Assembly: GCF_009914755.1 (NCBI RefSeq) | Contig: NC_060930.1 | Length of the DNA stretch: 64,000 bases | From: the human T2T-CHM13v2.0 reference genome, Homo sapiens | Reading direction: 5' to 3' (one strand) | Part shown: positions 1-13,088 of the stretch, one piece after another | Numbering within the stretch: the stretch's first letter is position 1 | Layout: each line of letters starts with the position of its first letter | The notes under the pieces: generated by a model | What the model saw: the letters and a program-made list of their open reading frames with translations, nothing else | Told to the model about the DNA's origin: nothing | The model's database searches: none | Position numbers and translations under genes: made by a program

Positions 1-995
1 GTTGACACTTCCTTTCAGCAGTTGAAAAAACATTCTGCTACTTTTTCCTCTGGCTTCTATGATTTCTCATAAGAAATCTGCTGTCATTCTACTTGTTTCT
101 CCCATATAAGTAAGATGTGATTTTCCCCTTCTAATACCACTCCAGTAGGGAAAGGGAGGGATGTTTCTATGTTAATAACATGTGGAAATAAAAGTTCAGG
201 TTTCCCACTCAGTTTCCTTTGACACCAATAGTGAAGCTTCTCATTACTGCTAGGAGTGAGTGGTAGTTCTGGCTTCCCACGTGATCTCCGCTAACACCAT
301 AGTGGCTGTGGCCCCATCACCACTGTGATGGTGAAAAAATTCTCCACTAGGCCTATTCTGACACCCTATCAGTGGGGATTCAGAATGGTATCTTGCTACT
401 ACTGGGTGTGGACAGAAGTCTAGGATGATATGTGGTTTCCACTAGCACCATGGGTAAGGAAATTGTTATTGACTAATGGGGATAAAAGCCTGTTTCCCTA
501 CTTAGTCTTCTCTAACATCACTCTGGAGGGAGTATTTGGGGGCCTCATAACAACACTGGAAGGTAGAAGTCTAGGCCCTACTTGTCCTTTGTTGGTGTGG
601 TTGGGTATGGGGCCACACTGTTTTCCTGTGGTGTTTGACAGGGATAGAGTAGTTATCATCTAGAAGTTTTCTGTCTTGATAGGCTGCTCCTTTGCTGGAC
701 TATTGGCTACAGAAAGCAGACTTTTGTTGGAACTTTTTTCTTATCTGTACCCACTGGTGTTTCTGGGTTGTTGGATTCGTTAGCTCAAAGCCTGGAATAT
801 ATGAAGCAAAAAAAAAAAAAACACATGGGGCTTATTGTTTCTTGGGTCCCGTGATTTTTAGCTGGTTTGCTTCCTTTTCTCTACCTTTTATAGGCTTCTT
901 ATGTTTGTTGTATAATGGCTTGGGGTTTTAGTTGTACTTAGTGAAAATAGTAAGGAAAAGTATGTCCTACTTTGTCTTCCTGGAAGTGGAAGTCC
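1..995 (-). mobile_element. Old L1M (L1MC/MD-type) 5'-region fragment
   Basis: Resembles the reverse complement of ancient L1 5' UTR/ORF1 sequence (degenerate internal repeats, ends in tactttgtcttcctggaagtggaagtc); subfamily from memory. Confidence 0.6.
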
Positions 996-1426
996 ATTCT
1001 TTTATGTTTTCTAAAAAAATGTTGCTTACATAATTATTTTATAATATTTTTCTTATAATTGTTGTATATGAAATTCTTGGCGACCGAAATCTTTTTTTTT
1101 TCCTTGCTGCCTTTCATTCATGCTTATTTGTTTCCTTATGTTCAGTGATTCTGATTTGAGCCCACAACTGGTCTATCCAAACCTGCGGTGATTCTAAGAC
1201 TTATGTTGAGGATATTTTTCTTTTTCGAAAATTTACTTTTGCTTCTGCTAGATGCCAGAATGTGCTACCATTTAGCATCTTCACTGGGTCTGTAATTTAA
1301 TTCAATTTAATTCAGCCTCAGGTTCAGCTTGTCCTTATTGCCTCTGTGTCAAGGCTTATTCTCTTGAGTGTTGTGCCGATATCAGCCTCTTTCTTTAGGG
1401 CATCCCTGCCTTCCTTTCTCCTAGGA

Positions 1427-1490
1427 GTGTGTGTGTGTGCGCGCGCATGTGTGCGCATGTATTTGTGCGCATGCACTCGCATGTACATAT
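1427..1490. repeat. (TG)n/(CG)n/(CA) alternating purine-pyrimidine microsatellite
   Basis: gtgtgtgtgtgtgcgcgcgcatgtgtgcgcatg... seen directly. Confidence 0.85.
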
Positions 1491-1745
1491 GGCCCAGTGC
1501 TCAGGTTTTAGCTCATGGTATTTTTTAGAAGTGGAGGACTCCCTTGAAGACTGTTCTTACTTTCTTTGAGCCTAGACATTTAATAAAATTATTTTCTAGT
1601 TCTTTGTAGAAAGAGAGTTGTGCTGCCAGAAGCTGAGACTATTTCTTTTTATTCCCTATTTTCAAACATTAAAACAAAAAAAAACATGAAAACTCACTCA
1701 GAAGAACTCTGGAAAGTCCATTGAGAACATTTCATAACATTAGAC

Positions 1746-2086
1746 CTGCTTTTCCCAAACTATACTCTGTGGAAATGTAATATGCTGTGATATAGATAGT
1801 AGTAGGATTTTCCTCAAAGAAATGTTCCATGGTAAAAAAGAAATTGGGGAAATCATACATAATATATCTGCTGCCCTTAAAAATACATAGTGCCTATTAT
1901 CATGTAAAGGTTCTGAGAATTTTTACAGTAAATAAAGTTTTAAAATAGTGATTAACTGCATTTCCCAAACTTATTTGCATGTGGAAGCCTAACCTTCCTT
2001 ATTTATTTGTTTTCTTTATTTATAGAAGTATCTGTTCACATCTCACAGGATATTCAAGCTGTATGGAACAGTTTGGTTAATGCTGA
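1746..2086. mobile_element. hAT-Charlie DNA transposon remnant (Charlie18a-like)
   Basis: Motifs ttttcccaaact, gcatttcccaaacttatttg, ggttctgagaa...cagtaaa and terminal ggaacagtttggttaatgctg match the recalled consensus. Confidence 0.55.
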
Positions 2087-2659
2087 ATTAAAGTCTCTGT
2101 TAAAAAGCATTGCACTTGCAGTTCGAGGATATTGGTTCTAGTCCTGGCTTTGTCAAGCTGTGGGACACTGGGGTGGTGAAGAACCTGTTTAAATCCATTT
2201 CTTTCTTTATTAAGAGGTTGAAAGAAATTATTTCTATGGCATTTTCCAGCTCCACTGTGCTCTTCTCTTAATCAATAGAATCACCAATGCCTCCTCTTGT
2301 AGTAGAAGGATGAGAGCCTTGGAATAGTATCAGAAATGTGTGCTGCTGCTTTTCCAGGCTTACAGTGCTCCTTCCCACCCCAGCATTCCCTTCTCATGCT
2401 TCCACTGCAGAGTACGTGCCTTTGCTGGAGTTTCCAGAGCCACCACTCATTTGTACCCAGGTTACATATTTCTCGTTAGAGCTAGTTTCTGTTTTTCCAA
2501 TCACTATCACAACCAGCTAGGCCAATAATGTAACTTCAAGGAGAGGAACCCATCAATGATTGTGCCTTCCCAGCCTGTGTTAATTAAGATGAACAGACTG
2601 ACCTTGAATGACAGTTATTAGTTTAGTTGCTGTTCTATTTCCCCAGATTTATTGGCTCA

Positions 2660-2870
2660 AAGTGAAAAGAGCACTGAATCTTGAGACTGTGTTTGAGGAC
2701 CAGTTCCATGATCTTGGGCCACGATTTTAGCCTAGCTGAGACTTTCTCTCAGTCTAGCAAGACTTTCTCTTTGCTAAAATGGCAGCAATGCTAATTGTTT
2801 TGCCTACATTAAAGGGCTCTTGTGTGGATCCAGGGTGATAAATAGGATACTGCTCTGTGTACTACAAAAG
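2660..2870 (+). mobile_element. MIR fragment
   Basis: gtgaaaagagcactg start, tgatcttgggc, aaaatgg...tgcctacattaaagggctcttgtgtggatc. Confidence 0.5.
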
Positions 2871-4302
2871 TTTAACAAATGGAATGCGTTTGCTAAATAA
2901 TGCATTAAAATATTAAATAATAATAAATATACTGAGTTTTATGGTTGAGGTTACTTCTAGTTTATAGAACAGTAGGCTGAAACAATAACTACAGAGGCAC
3001 ACACTGAGGCTATTTATGAAATAAAAACATTTCAGGAGACAACAAAATTTAAATATTTGATCCCAGAAATTATCCCTGCCTTCCCTCTCCTGTTGTCTTT
3101 TTATGTAAGGAGAAAAAAAACAGAATCTAATTTGAAAAAAGAGTCATGGGCCTTTCTAGGTAAATAAAGATTAAAGAAAACATGGGGCCAATTTAGGTTA
3201 AGACAAACCTGTATGTCCAAGTTTATTTTCAGTCAAAAATCCCCTTAGTCTTATTCAACTCAGAAAAATGAAAATTGATGGCCTAAAAGTGAAAATTTGT
3301 ATATCTTCCTACTTAGTCTCATAAGTCATTCAGTTTTAATTCCTTTTTGAATTCATATAATCCTTTGCCAATGAATTAATGAATAGTATTCTTCTGAATG
3401 TATTCCTTTGAGAATGGATTTTTGTGTGTGTGTATAACTTATTAAATCCTTGTTAATATCTATGATTTCACCATATTAATGACAGTTTCCAACTTATGCC
3501 CTTGAAATGTGGAGGAAAAGTTACAATATTATTACCTCAATATTCAATAACCTTTTCTGTAAATCGCCACACTACAGCATTCTTCCTCATGAAAATAATG
3601 AGTGATATGATCCACTCCATCAGGCTGTTAGGAAATCGGCTTGATAGGCAAAGTCACCTTTGAAATTCTCATAATTGTCACTGCATTCTGACAGTCCCTA
3701 CATTTTAAGAAATGGGACTAAAATAAAATAAAGAGAAACTACCCTGAAAGGACTAGGTGACAGCCTGGAGCATTTCACATTGCTGTGGTATGGAATGATA
3801 GTTGAAAGTCTCTGATTAATGCGGCTGCCTGATAAAAGCTGGAGGAGACTGCGCCTGTTTGCTGGCAGCTCAGCATTGCTGTAGGGCAGAGTATAAAACA
3901 TCAGGATGAGGATGGGCATTTCCTTTCCCCATCCCATGACCCATTTCCATCCTGGGCTCTCAGGTATTTTTGCCTTAATATTTCAGATTCTTTGAGAATA
4001 GTACTTAAGTACCAAATATTTGATCTGGAAGAGTCATGCTAAAAAATAGCTAAGAAACATCTCACCTCTGCCTAAAATATCCATTCCCTCACTTTGTCTG
4101 CCTAATTCTCACTTAACCTTCTGGATCTTGGCTTAGATCTATTCACCTGCACTGAAAAGCATTTCTATTTCTAAGTCCTGTGGCTTGAGTCAGGTGTCCC
4201 CTTTTCTGTGCTCCTAAGGCACCCTGTCACTCTGCATAGCGCTGATACAAGCTACTGAAAAGTTCCCTGTTTACTTGATCCCCCCACCCCTACACAAGCA
4301 CA

Positions 4303-4606
4303 CCCGCACTTCCTATAGAACATGCTGCAATGATGAAAATGTTCTAATCTGTGCTGTCTAGTACGGCAGCCGCTAGTCACATGTGGCTATTAAGCATCCA
4401 AAATATGGCTAGTATGACCAAAAACTAAATTTTAAGTTTTATTTAATTTTAATTATATTCAAGTAAATTGTTTTAGTTTAGTTTATCATAATTTATATCT
4501 TAAGTGTAAATTATAAATATTTAATTTAAATTATTTATTAAAATTCCTTAAATTTAAATTAAAGTAACTACACGGTGGTTTGGGGCTACCATATTGGACA
4601 GCACAG
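4303..4606 (+). mobile_element. MER3 (hAT-Charlie) with an internal AT-rich expansion, inside an L2 fragment
   Basis: tgcaatgatgaaaatgttcta...ctagtcacatgtggctattaagca...ggctaccatattggacagcacag matches MER3. Confidence 0.85.
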
Positions 4607-4609
4607 AAA

Positions 4610-4720
4610 TAGACTGTAAACTTCTTGAGAGCTGGGATTACATCTTACTTACCTTCATAGTTCCAGCACCATAGGACAGGATCTACCACTTTCTACACAC
4701 TCAAGAAATACTTGTTGACA
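4610..4720 (+). mobile_element. L2 3' end fragment
   Basis: tagactgtaaacttcttgagagc...actcaagaaatacttgttga. Confidence 0.65.
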
Positions 4721-4779
4721 GCTGAAAGAATGCTAGTGTCCTACCCTTATTTCACATTCATTACATTGTGTTTGATGCT

Positions 4780-5030
4780 TGAGACTCAGAAGCCTAATAT
4801 CTAGAGTTTTAATTTTAGCTCCATCACTTAGCATTTATGTCAAGAATGACTTAGCCTCTCTGTGCTTCAGTTTCCTTGGCTTTAAAATGGATTATTAATA
4901 GTACCTACCTCATAGGGTTGTAAAGAACATTAAATGAAATAATACATTGATCATGAATCCATTAATGTCATAAATATGTTTATTAGCATTGAGTGGAATG
5001 GTTGGCAGATAGTAAGTTCTACTATATGCT
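4780..5030 (+). mobile_element. MIR
   Basis: MIR core: gacttagcctctctgtgcttcagtttcc...aaaatgg...aatagtacctacctcatagggttg. Confidence 0.8.
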
Positions 5031-5032
5031 AG

Positions 5033-5437
5033 TGATATAGTTTGGAAATTTGTTCCCTTCCCAATGTCACGTTGAAACGTGGTCCCCAGTGTTGGGGCAG
5101 GAGCCTAATGGGAGTTGTTTTGGTCATGCGGGCGGATCCCTCATGAACGGGTTGGTGCCTTCCCCATGGTAATGAATGAGAGTTCTCACTCTATTTGTTC
5201 ATGTGAGAGCTGGTTGTTTAAAGAGCCTGGCACCTCCTCCTCTCTCACCATGGGACACATTTGTTCCCCTTTTGCCTTCTTCCATGAGTAAACGCTTCCT
5301 GAAGCCTCATCCGAAGCCCAGCAGATGCTGGTGCCATGCTTGCACAGCCTGCATAACCATGAGCCAAATAAACTTCTTTTCTTCATAAATTATCCAATCT
5401 CAGGTATTCCTTTACAGCAACACAAAATAGACTAACA
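5033..5437 (+). mobile_element. MaLR solo LTR (MSTB/MSTB1-like)
   Basis: TG...CA ends (tgatatagtttgg ... gactaaca), MST-type internal sequence, 5 bp TSD gctag/tctag. Confidence 0.9.
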
Positions 5438-6149
5438 TCTAGTTATTATTATATTGATTTTTTGTTGTTGTCTGTTATTGAGAGGATGAGTGAGAGAGAG
5501 AAAGAGAAGGAAGAAAATGGGAGAAAAAGCATCACTCAGAAATTGTTGAATTTTGTGCAAGAACACTTAAACTAAATACTTTAGGGATCTTTATGCATAC
5601 ATTATTTTATTTGAGGTTTGAACCATCAAAAAGATTGCTACTCTGATGTGTCCCATATGGAATGGACTACAGTGCTTGGTTGAGACAGCACAATAAACAA
5701 TGGCGGTGAAATAGAATAATTTCAGAATACAGATGGAGTGACTATTTTTAAGACAAAAACTTTCCCATCATTTATAACATAAGTTAAATTTAATGTAATG
5801 GTAGCAAAATGTATCTTATAAAGAATGTCAGTGAGAATGCTGACAGGAATGACTTTATCCGAGAGCAGCCTTCCAGGGCTGTCACTCTGAACCGGCATGG
5901 TTGGCAACCAGGGTGTCTGTCCTCCCCACTGACTAAATAAATCACATTTTTTCCTTTCCTGATTTGACATCTTTTTCATTACATAACTGATGAGTGAAAT
6001 TTTAAAATGTCTTAACCATGAAAGTGATTTCTTCTTTTACATTCTAATTATTATGTTGATTTATTGTTATGTTTATCTCCATTCAGGAAAGGGGAATCGG
6101 CTGTTGGTTTCTGATAACTCAGGCTATGCCCTCCCCATTTGGTGGGGAA

Positions 6150-6292
6150 CTGTAGGGCATTATTATCTATATTTTAGGATAAGAGAACTAACGCTTAGAG
6201 AAATGCTATTTGCCCAAAGCCACATGGTTAGTAAATAATAGAATTGGAAGTAGCTCCTGGGTTTTGTGACTTCTAGTTCAATGTACTTTCCA
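6150..6292 (-). mobile_element. MIR
   Basis: attttaggataagagaact...ttgcccaaagccacatggttagtaa is the reverse of the MIR core. Confidence 0.75.
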
Positions 6293-7894
6293 GTGAATTT
6301 TGAATCTAGAAGATACTGGAAGAAATGAAAGAAAGGATAGAAGGAAGAATATCTACGAGCAGGCTTTACTTATTTCAGTGGAATTTAGCCTTTTGTTAAT
6401 CACAATGAGAACAATGAGAATCTGATGTAAACCACTGATCCTCTCTCCCTGAAAAAATAGACACATTTTTTTTTCTGACAATTTCATGTAGTACTAGTCC
6501 TGGATTCACTGACGGATCCTTATTTAAAACTGGTTAGAGTAGAAAGATCTTAGTTTCATTTTAAGGAATTATAAATAATATCTCAAAATTACTGCATGCA
6601 TAGTAATTGATGTTCTGAAATGTCTGTTGGAATAGGGCACATTCTTACAGAATGAGGATAAATTCTGAACAGGTTTTATAATCCTCTATTATCAAAAACA
6701 GAAATTATAGGTTGTGTAGCTTTTCTTACCTTCATATCTGATATGGGCAAAATTATAAGCTATGAAGTCGGGATGTATTTTTTTTTTTTTAGAAATAAGA
6801 AAACATTATAATATGTTCATCTCTACCAATAACCTTTAAGGTCAGATAATGTTACCAGTTATTATCAAAGTGTATATATATCAAAGGCATTTGCTTCATA
6901 GGAAGTAAAACAGTCTAAGTCCAAGAAGTAAAAATGGAAGATGTAATAGCTACTTGGTGCTTTCAAGTTTATACAATTGTCTAGAAAAAAGCAAGGCAAG
7001 GAAAGATTTGAGATGTTTTTAATAACACTTGTATTTTAAAAATTGAACTATGTTGCTAAAAGGAATAAAGAAATTGTGTTAGGTAACCAGAGATCTCTTT
7101 AAACATGGATATTAATGTTAAACATGCAATCTATTAATCACAAGTTGCTGGGGGATACAATATAAACCCTTAAAGTGACTTTATGAAAGTTTTATTTCTG
7201 GTTTAAGAACTCATTTTTACTTCTCATTGGGAAAACTGGAAACCACTTCTCAGAACAGTAACTTTAAGTTGTGTAAGTATAGAATGAAATACATATAGGA
7301 AAGTCAGAGTAAAGAAATGTGTCTTCAATATCTTTTCAGAAGATATGGTAACCCATGTATTTATTTCATATTCTCCAAAATACATAGGAAAGGGCTCCAG
7401 GACAATTTGGGCAAAATTCATCTTATCTGTCATTGGTGGTGCTTTCTATTCATTTTAAATATACTGTTAGGGCCTTAGGAAGAATTTCACTTTCATTAAT
7501 AAAGTCAGGCTATCTTTCCTAGAGGGACAAGCTATTTTTATGCTGAGGGGGAAAGGAAACCATCATAAGTGCTCTCACACTGAAGCATTCCTGTTGCAAT
7601 GTACTGCAGCACCAATGTCATCCTTAGAAACAAAATCTATAACTAGAGCTGTCATTTAGCTCTAAAGAAGGCCATACTCTGGCAACCCCTGATCAAGATT
7701 CAGTTCTCTTTTTATAGCCTGATTTGATCTGAAGCAAACACCTCCAGAGTATACTCACAGAACAGATGGATTCACATGTGAAAATTGTCTGGTAGGGCTT
7801 TTATTGTGTGGTTTTATTCCTGCAAAAGAATAGGGGGAAACCATCTCTTGTTTCCTTAGTTTTTCTTAGAGCCTAATATAGTCAATGCAATTAC

Positions 7895-8760
7895 CAGTTC
7901 AGTTAAACAGCTGTTTGTTGAGCACTTTTTAATATGACAGACCCTGTGCTTGGTACTGAGAATAAGATCGATAAGACCCAACATCTGCCCTGAGGAACCT
8001 CACAGATAAAGGGCAAGAGCTAATTCACAAAGAGATGGTTTTAATACAGTATTAGTCAATGCTTTGAGAGATGTTGCTACAGAGGATGGGGAATGCGGGA
8101 AGGCACCTAGCCCAGCCTGGAGAGATAGGAATGCTTAGTCATTCCAAGAAAGGAATGCAGTGGGGTGGGTGAGGGTGTTACAAGCATAATGGTTAGCATG
8201 AGCAAAGGCACAGGACTAGGAACAATATCACATGTTTGGGAGTTGCTGGAGTTAGAAGGAGATGTGGCCAGAGAGACAAGCAGGGTCCACATTGCCCATC
8301 CCAGGGAGGACCTTGTATCCTCCCCAGATATAGTAATATCCATGTCTTCATCTGTTTTATTCCATGTTTTTAGCTGTTTATAAGAAAGACACCTGTGGGC
8401 GAGTCTGAGACAGAGTTAGAGATTAGTTAACTCTACAAGTTATCAACATGTAGACACAAACTGTAAAATGAATGTGACCACTCAAGAAGGTCACATTGAA
8501 AGAAAGGGTCTGAAGCAAACCCTGGAGAACCATAACATTTAAGAGTCAGTGAAAAAGGATGAGAAGGAAAGATAAAAATCTAGGGGGACAACAGGACAGC
8601 ACCATCCAGTGAGATTAAAAACAGAAATTGTATCTAATAATCGGAGATAATAGTGGGTTAGTTTAAGTTAAGTGGGTTAGTGGGAACAAAGGGCAAAATG
8701 CAACACATTGAGAAGTGAATGGCAGCAAGTGTAATCAACACTTAGAAGAGACTTGGATAA
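7895..8760 (-). mobile_element. L2 fragments
   Basis: tgtttgttgagcac...cctgtgcttggtactgag...ctgccctgaggaacctcacag is the reverse of the L2 3' end; purine-rich L2-like sequence follows; boundaries approximate. Confidence 0.6.
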
Positions 8761-9036
8761 GCATGAATGGATAGTCTGTTTTAGGCAGGTTGCTTGTTTT
8801 CTCTGAAGGAAAATCCTGACTACATTCAAAGGCTGACTACATTTAAAGGTTTAAGTGGAAATAAAGTAGAGTGAGGGAATATTGCTGGAGCCAATTTTAT
8901 GTGAAATCAGAAGAAAGTGGAATAAAGATTCTATTTTGATGAGTAGTCTTTCAACCAGAGAAGGAGCACATCTTCCTTTGTGAATGAATAGAGGGAAGCA
9001 GTGGATGTTAGGGCAACTTTAAAAACCATTTCAGTA

Positions 9037-9146
9037 GTGCTCGCTTTGGCAGCACATATACTAAAATTGGAACAATACAGAAAAGATTAGTATGGCCCCT
9101 GCACAAGAATGACAGCCAAACTCATGAAGCATTCCATTTTTTTTTT
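9037..9146 (+). pseudogene. RNU6: Full-length U6 snRNA retrocopy (U6 pseudogene), 5' part of a U6/L1 chimera
   Basis: gtgctcgctttggcagcacatatactaaaattggaacaatacagaaaagattagtatggcccctgcacaagaatgacagccaaactcatgaagcattccat+T-run aligns end to end with U6 with about 12 substitutions, many at CpG; ACAGAGA box is mutated to ACAGAAA. Confidence 0.97.
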
Positions 9147-12100
9147 CCTAATTAAAAGGCACAGAGAGACAAGTTAGATAAAGAAGCAAAACCCAATGGA
9201 TGCTGTCTTCAAGAGACCCATCTCGCATCCAGTGACATCCACAGGCTCAAAGTAAAGGGATGCAGAAAAATCTACCAAAGAAAGGAAAAACAGAAAAAAG
9301 CAAGGGTTGCTATTCTAATTTCAGACAAAACATACTTTAACCAACAAAGGATAAGAAAAGACAAAGAAGGGCATTACAAAATGGCAAAGGGTTCAATTCA
9401 ACAAGAAAAACTAACTATCCTAAAAATATATGAACCCAACACAGGAGCACCCAGATTCATAAAGGAAGTTCTTAAAGACCCATGAGGAGACATAGATAAC
9501 CACACAATAATAGTGGGAGACTTCAACATCTCACTGACAGTATTAGACACATCATCAGTAAAGAAAACTAACAAGGATATTCAGGACCTGAACTCGACAC
9601 TCGATCAAATGGACCTAATAGACCTCTACAGAGCTCTCTACCACAAACCAACAGAATATACATTCTTTCTGTCTGCACATGGCATATACTCTAAAATTGA
9701 CCACAATTGGTCATAAAATAATTCTCAGCAAATTCAAAAAACCAAATTCATACCAAACAATTCTTGGATCATGGCACAATAAAAATAGAAATAAATACTA
9801 AGAAAATCACTCAAAACCATACAATTACATGGAAATTAAACAACCTGCTCCTGAATGACTTTTGGGTAAACAAAGAAATTAAGGCAGAAATTGAGAAATT
9901 ATTTGAAGCTGATGAGCACAAAGATACAACATACCAGAATCTCTGGGACACAGCTAAAGCAGTGTTAAGAGGGAAATTTATAGTGCTAAATGTCCACATC
10001 AAAAAGTTAGAAAGATCTTACATTAACAACCTAATATCACACCTAGAGGAACCAACCCCAAAGTTAGCAGAAGAAAAGAAATAACCAAAATCAGAGCTGA
10101 ACTGAAGGAAACTGAGATGTGAAAAACCATACAAAAGATGATTAACAAATCCAGGAATTTGTTCTTTGGAAGAATAAATAAGAATTCTAGTTAGACTAGT
10201 AAAGAAAAAAAGAGAGAAAATTCAAATAAACACAATCAGAAATGACAATGAGGATGTTACCACTGACCCCACAGAAATACAAAAAAAAGAAACCCTCAGA
10301 AACTACAATGAACACCTCCATGCACACAAATTAGAAAACCTAGAAGAAATGGACAATTTCCTGAAACATACAACCTCCCAAGATTGAATCAGAAAGAAAT
10401 GGGATCCTTGAACAGACCAATAATGAGCTCTGAAATTGAGTCAGTAATAAAAAGCCTACCCACCAGAAAAAGCCCACCAACCAGAAAAAGCCCAGGACCA
10501 TAAAGATTCACAGCCCAATTCTACCAGATGTATAAAGGAGAGCTGGTACCATTACTAATGAAACTATTCCAAAAAATTGAGGAGGAGGGACTCCTCCCTA
10601 ACTCCTTTTATGAGAGCAGCATCATCCTGATATCAAAACCTGGCAGAGACACAACAAAGAAAACTTCAGGCCAATAATCTTGATGAACATAGATGCAAAT
10701 ATCCTCTACAAAGTAGTAGCAAATTGAATCTGGCAGCACATGAAACAGCTAATCCACCACAATCTATTAGGTTTTATCCCTGGGATGCAAGTTTGGTCCA
10801 ACATATACAAATCAATAAATGTGATTCATCATATAAACAGAACAAAAAACAAAAACCACGTGATCATCTCAGTTGATGTTGAAAGACTTCATAAAATTAA
10901 ACACCGCTTCATGTTAAAAACCCTCAACAAATTAGACATTGAAGGAACATACTTCAAAAATAAGAACCACCTATGACAACCCCACAGCCAATATTATACT
11001 AAATGAGCAAAAGCTGGAAACATACACCTTGAAAACTGGAACAAGATAAAGATGCCTTTTCTGTCCACTCCTATTCAACATAGTACTGGAAGTCCTAGCC
11101 AGAAGAATCAGGCAAGAGAAGGAAACAAAATGCAACCAAATAGGAAAACAGAAGGTCAGACTATCCCTGTTTGCAGATGATATGATTCTATACCTAGAAA
11201 ACCCCATAGTCTCAGCCCAAAAGCTCCTTAATTTGATAAACAACTTCAGCAAAATTTCGGTATACAAAATTAATGTACAAAAATCAGTAGCATTCCTATA
11301 CACCAACAACATCCAAACTGAGAGCCAGATCAAGAACATAATCTCATTTACAATAGCCACAAAAAGAATAAAATACTTAGGAATACAGCTAACCAGGGAG
11401 GTGAAAGATTTCTACAATGAGAATTGCGAGAAATCAGAGATGACACAAACAAATGGAAAACAATCCATGCTCTTGGAGAGAAAGAATCGATATGTTAAAA
11501 TTCCCATACAGCCCAAAGCAATTACAGATTCAGTGCTAATCCTACCGAACTACCAATGACCTTCTCCACAGAACTATAAAAAAAACTATTTTAAAATTCA
11601 TATTGAATGAAAAAAGAGCCTGAATAACCAGTGCAATCTTAAGCAAAAACAACAAAGCTTGAGGCATCACATTACCTGACTTCAAACGACAATACAAGAC
11701 TACAGTAACCAAAACAGCATGGTAGTGATATAAAAACAGATACACAGACCAACGGAACAGAACAGAGAGCCCAGGATTAATGCCACACAACTACAACCCT
11801 CTGATCTCAACAAAGTAAACAAAAACAAGCAATAGGGGAAGGATTCCCTTTTCAATAAATGGTGCTGGGATAATTGGCTAGCCATATGCAGAAGATTGAA
11901 GCTGGACCTCTTCCTTACACTATATACAAGTCAACCCAAGATGGATTAAAGACTTAAATGTAAAGCCCAAAACTATTAAAACCCTGGAAGATAATCTAGG
12001 AAATACCATTCTGGACTTAAGACCTAGAAAATATTTCAAGACAAAGGCACCAAAAACAATTGCAACAAAACAAAAAAATTGACAAATGGTACCTGAGTAA

Positions 12101-13088
12101 ACTAAAGAGCTTCCGCACAGCAAAAAGAAACCATCAGCAAAGTAAACAGGCAACACACAGAATGTGAGAAAATATTTGCAAACTATGTATCTGACAAATG
12201 TCTAATACTCAGCATCTGTAAGGAACTTAAAGAAATTCACAGGCAAAAAACAAACAACCCCATTAAAAAGTGGGCAAAGGATATGAACAGACCTTTCAAA
12301 AGCAGACATATATGCAGTCAACAAGCATATGAAAAAATGCTCAACATCACTGATCATTAGCGAAATGCAAATCAAAGTGAGATACAAGCTCACATCAGTC
12401 ATAATGGCTATTAATGAAAAGTCATAAAATAACAGATGCTGGCAAGGTTGTGGAGAAAAGGGAATGCACATATACTGCTGGTGGGAGTGTAAATTAGTTC
12501 AGCCACTGTGAGAAGCAGTTTGGTGATGTCTCAAAGAACTCAAACTAGAATTACCATTGGACCCAGCAGTCCTATTACTGGCTATATGCCCAAAGGAATA
12601 TAGATCATTCTGCCGTGAAGACACACGCAAGTGAATGTTCCCTGCAGCACTATTCATAATAGCAAAGACATTGAGTCAAGCTAAATGCCCATCAACAGTA
12701 GAGTGGATAAAGAAAATATGGTACATATATACCATGGATTACTACACAACCGTAAAAAAGAATGAGATCATGAGAATGAGAATGAGATCAGGTCCTTTGC
12801 AGCAACATGGATGAACAAACACAGGAACAGAAAACCAAATAGCATGTTCTTACTTATAAGTAGGAGCTAAACACTGAGTATATGTGGACACAAAGAAGGG
12901 AACAACAGACACAAAGGCCTACTTGAGGGTAGGGGTTGGGAGGAGGATGAGGAGTGAAAAACTACCTATGGAGGAGCACTGTGCTTATTACCTGGGTGAT
13001 GAAATAATCTGTATACCAAACCCCCATGACATGCAATGTACATATATAATAAACTATACATGTACCCATGAAGCTAAAAGTTTAAAAA
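9147..13088 (+). mobile_element. 5'-truncated L1 (L1PA15/16-like): nearly complete but disrupted ORF2 plus 3' UTR
   Basis: Starts at the ORF2 N-terminus (IKRHR...QETHL); endonuclease GDFN; RT motif [13 protein letters not shown] near 11167; 3' UTR aaaactacctat...cccccatgacatgcaat; many stops and frameshifts. Confidence 0.95.

Noticed and set aside
8816-8849. Short tandem duplications (here and near 10460, 12765, 28553, 34608, 49283, 54128)
   Set aside because: Ordinary slippage duplications of 12-20 bp, common in mammalian DNA.
9037-9146. Functional U6 snRNA gene
   Set aside because: About 12 substitutions including the ACAGAGA box and AGC triad region, no recognisable upstream PSE/TATA, and direct fusion to L1.
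9513-11559. ORFs with endonuclease/reverse transcriptase similarity as an active or novel RT system
   Set aside because: They are frameshifted, stop-ridden pieces of ordinary L1 ORF2; ORF1 and the promoter are absent.
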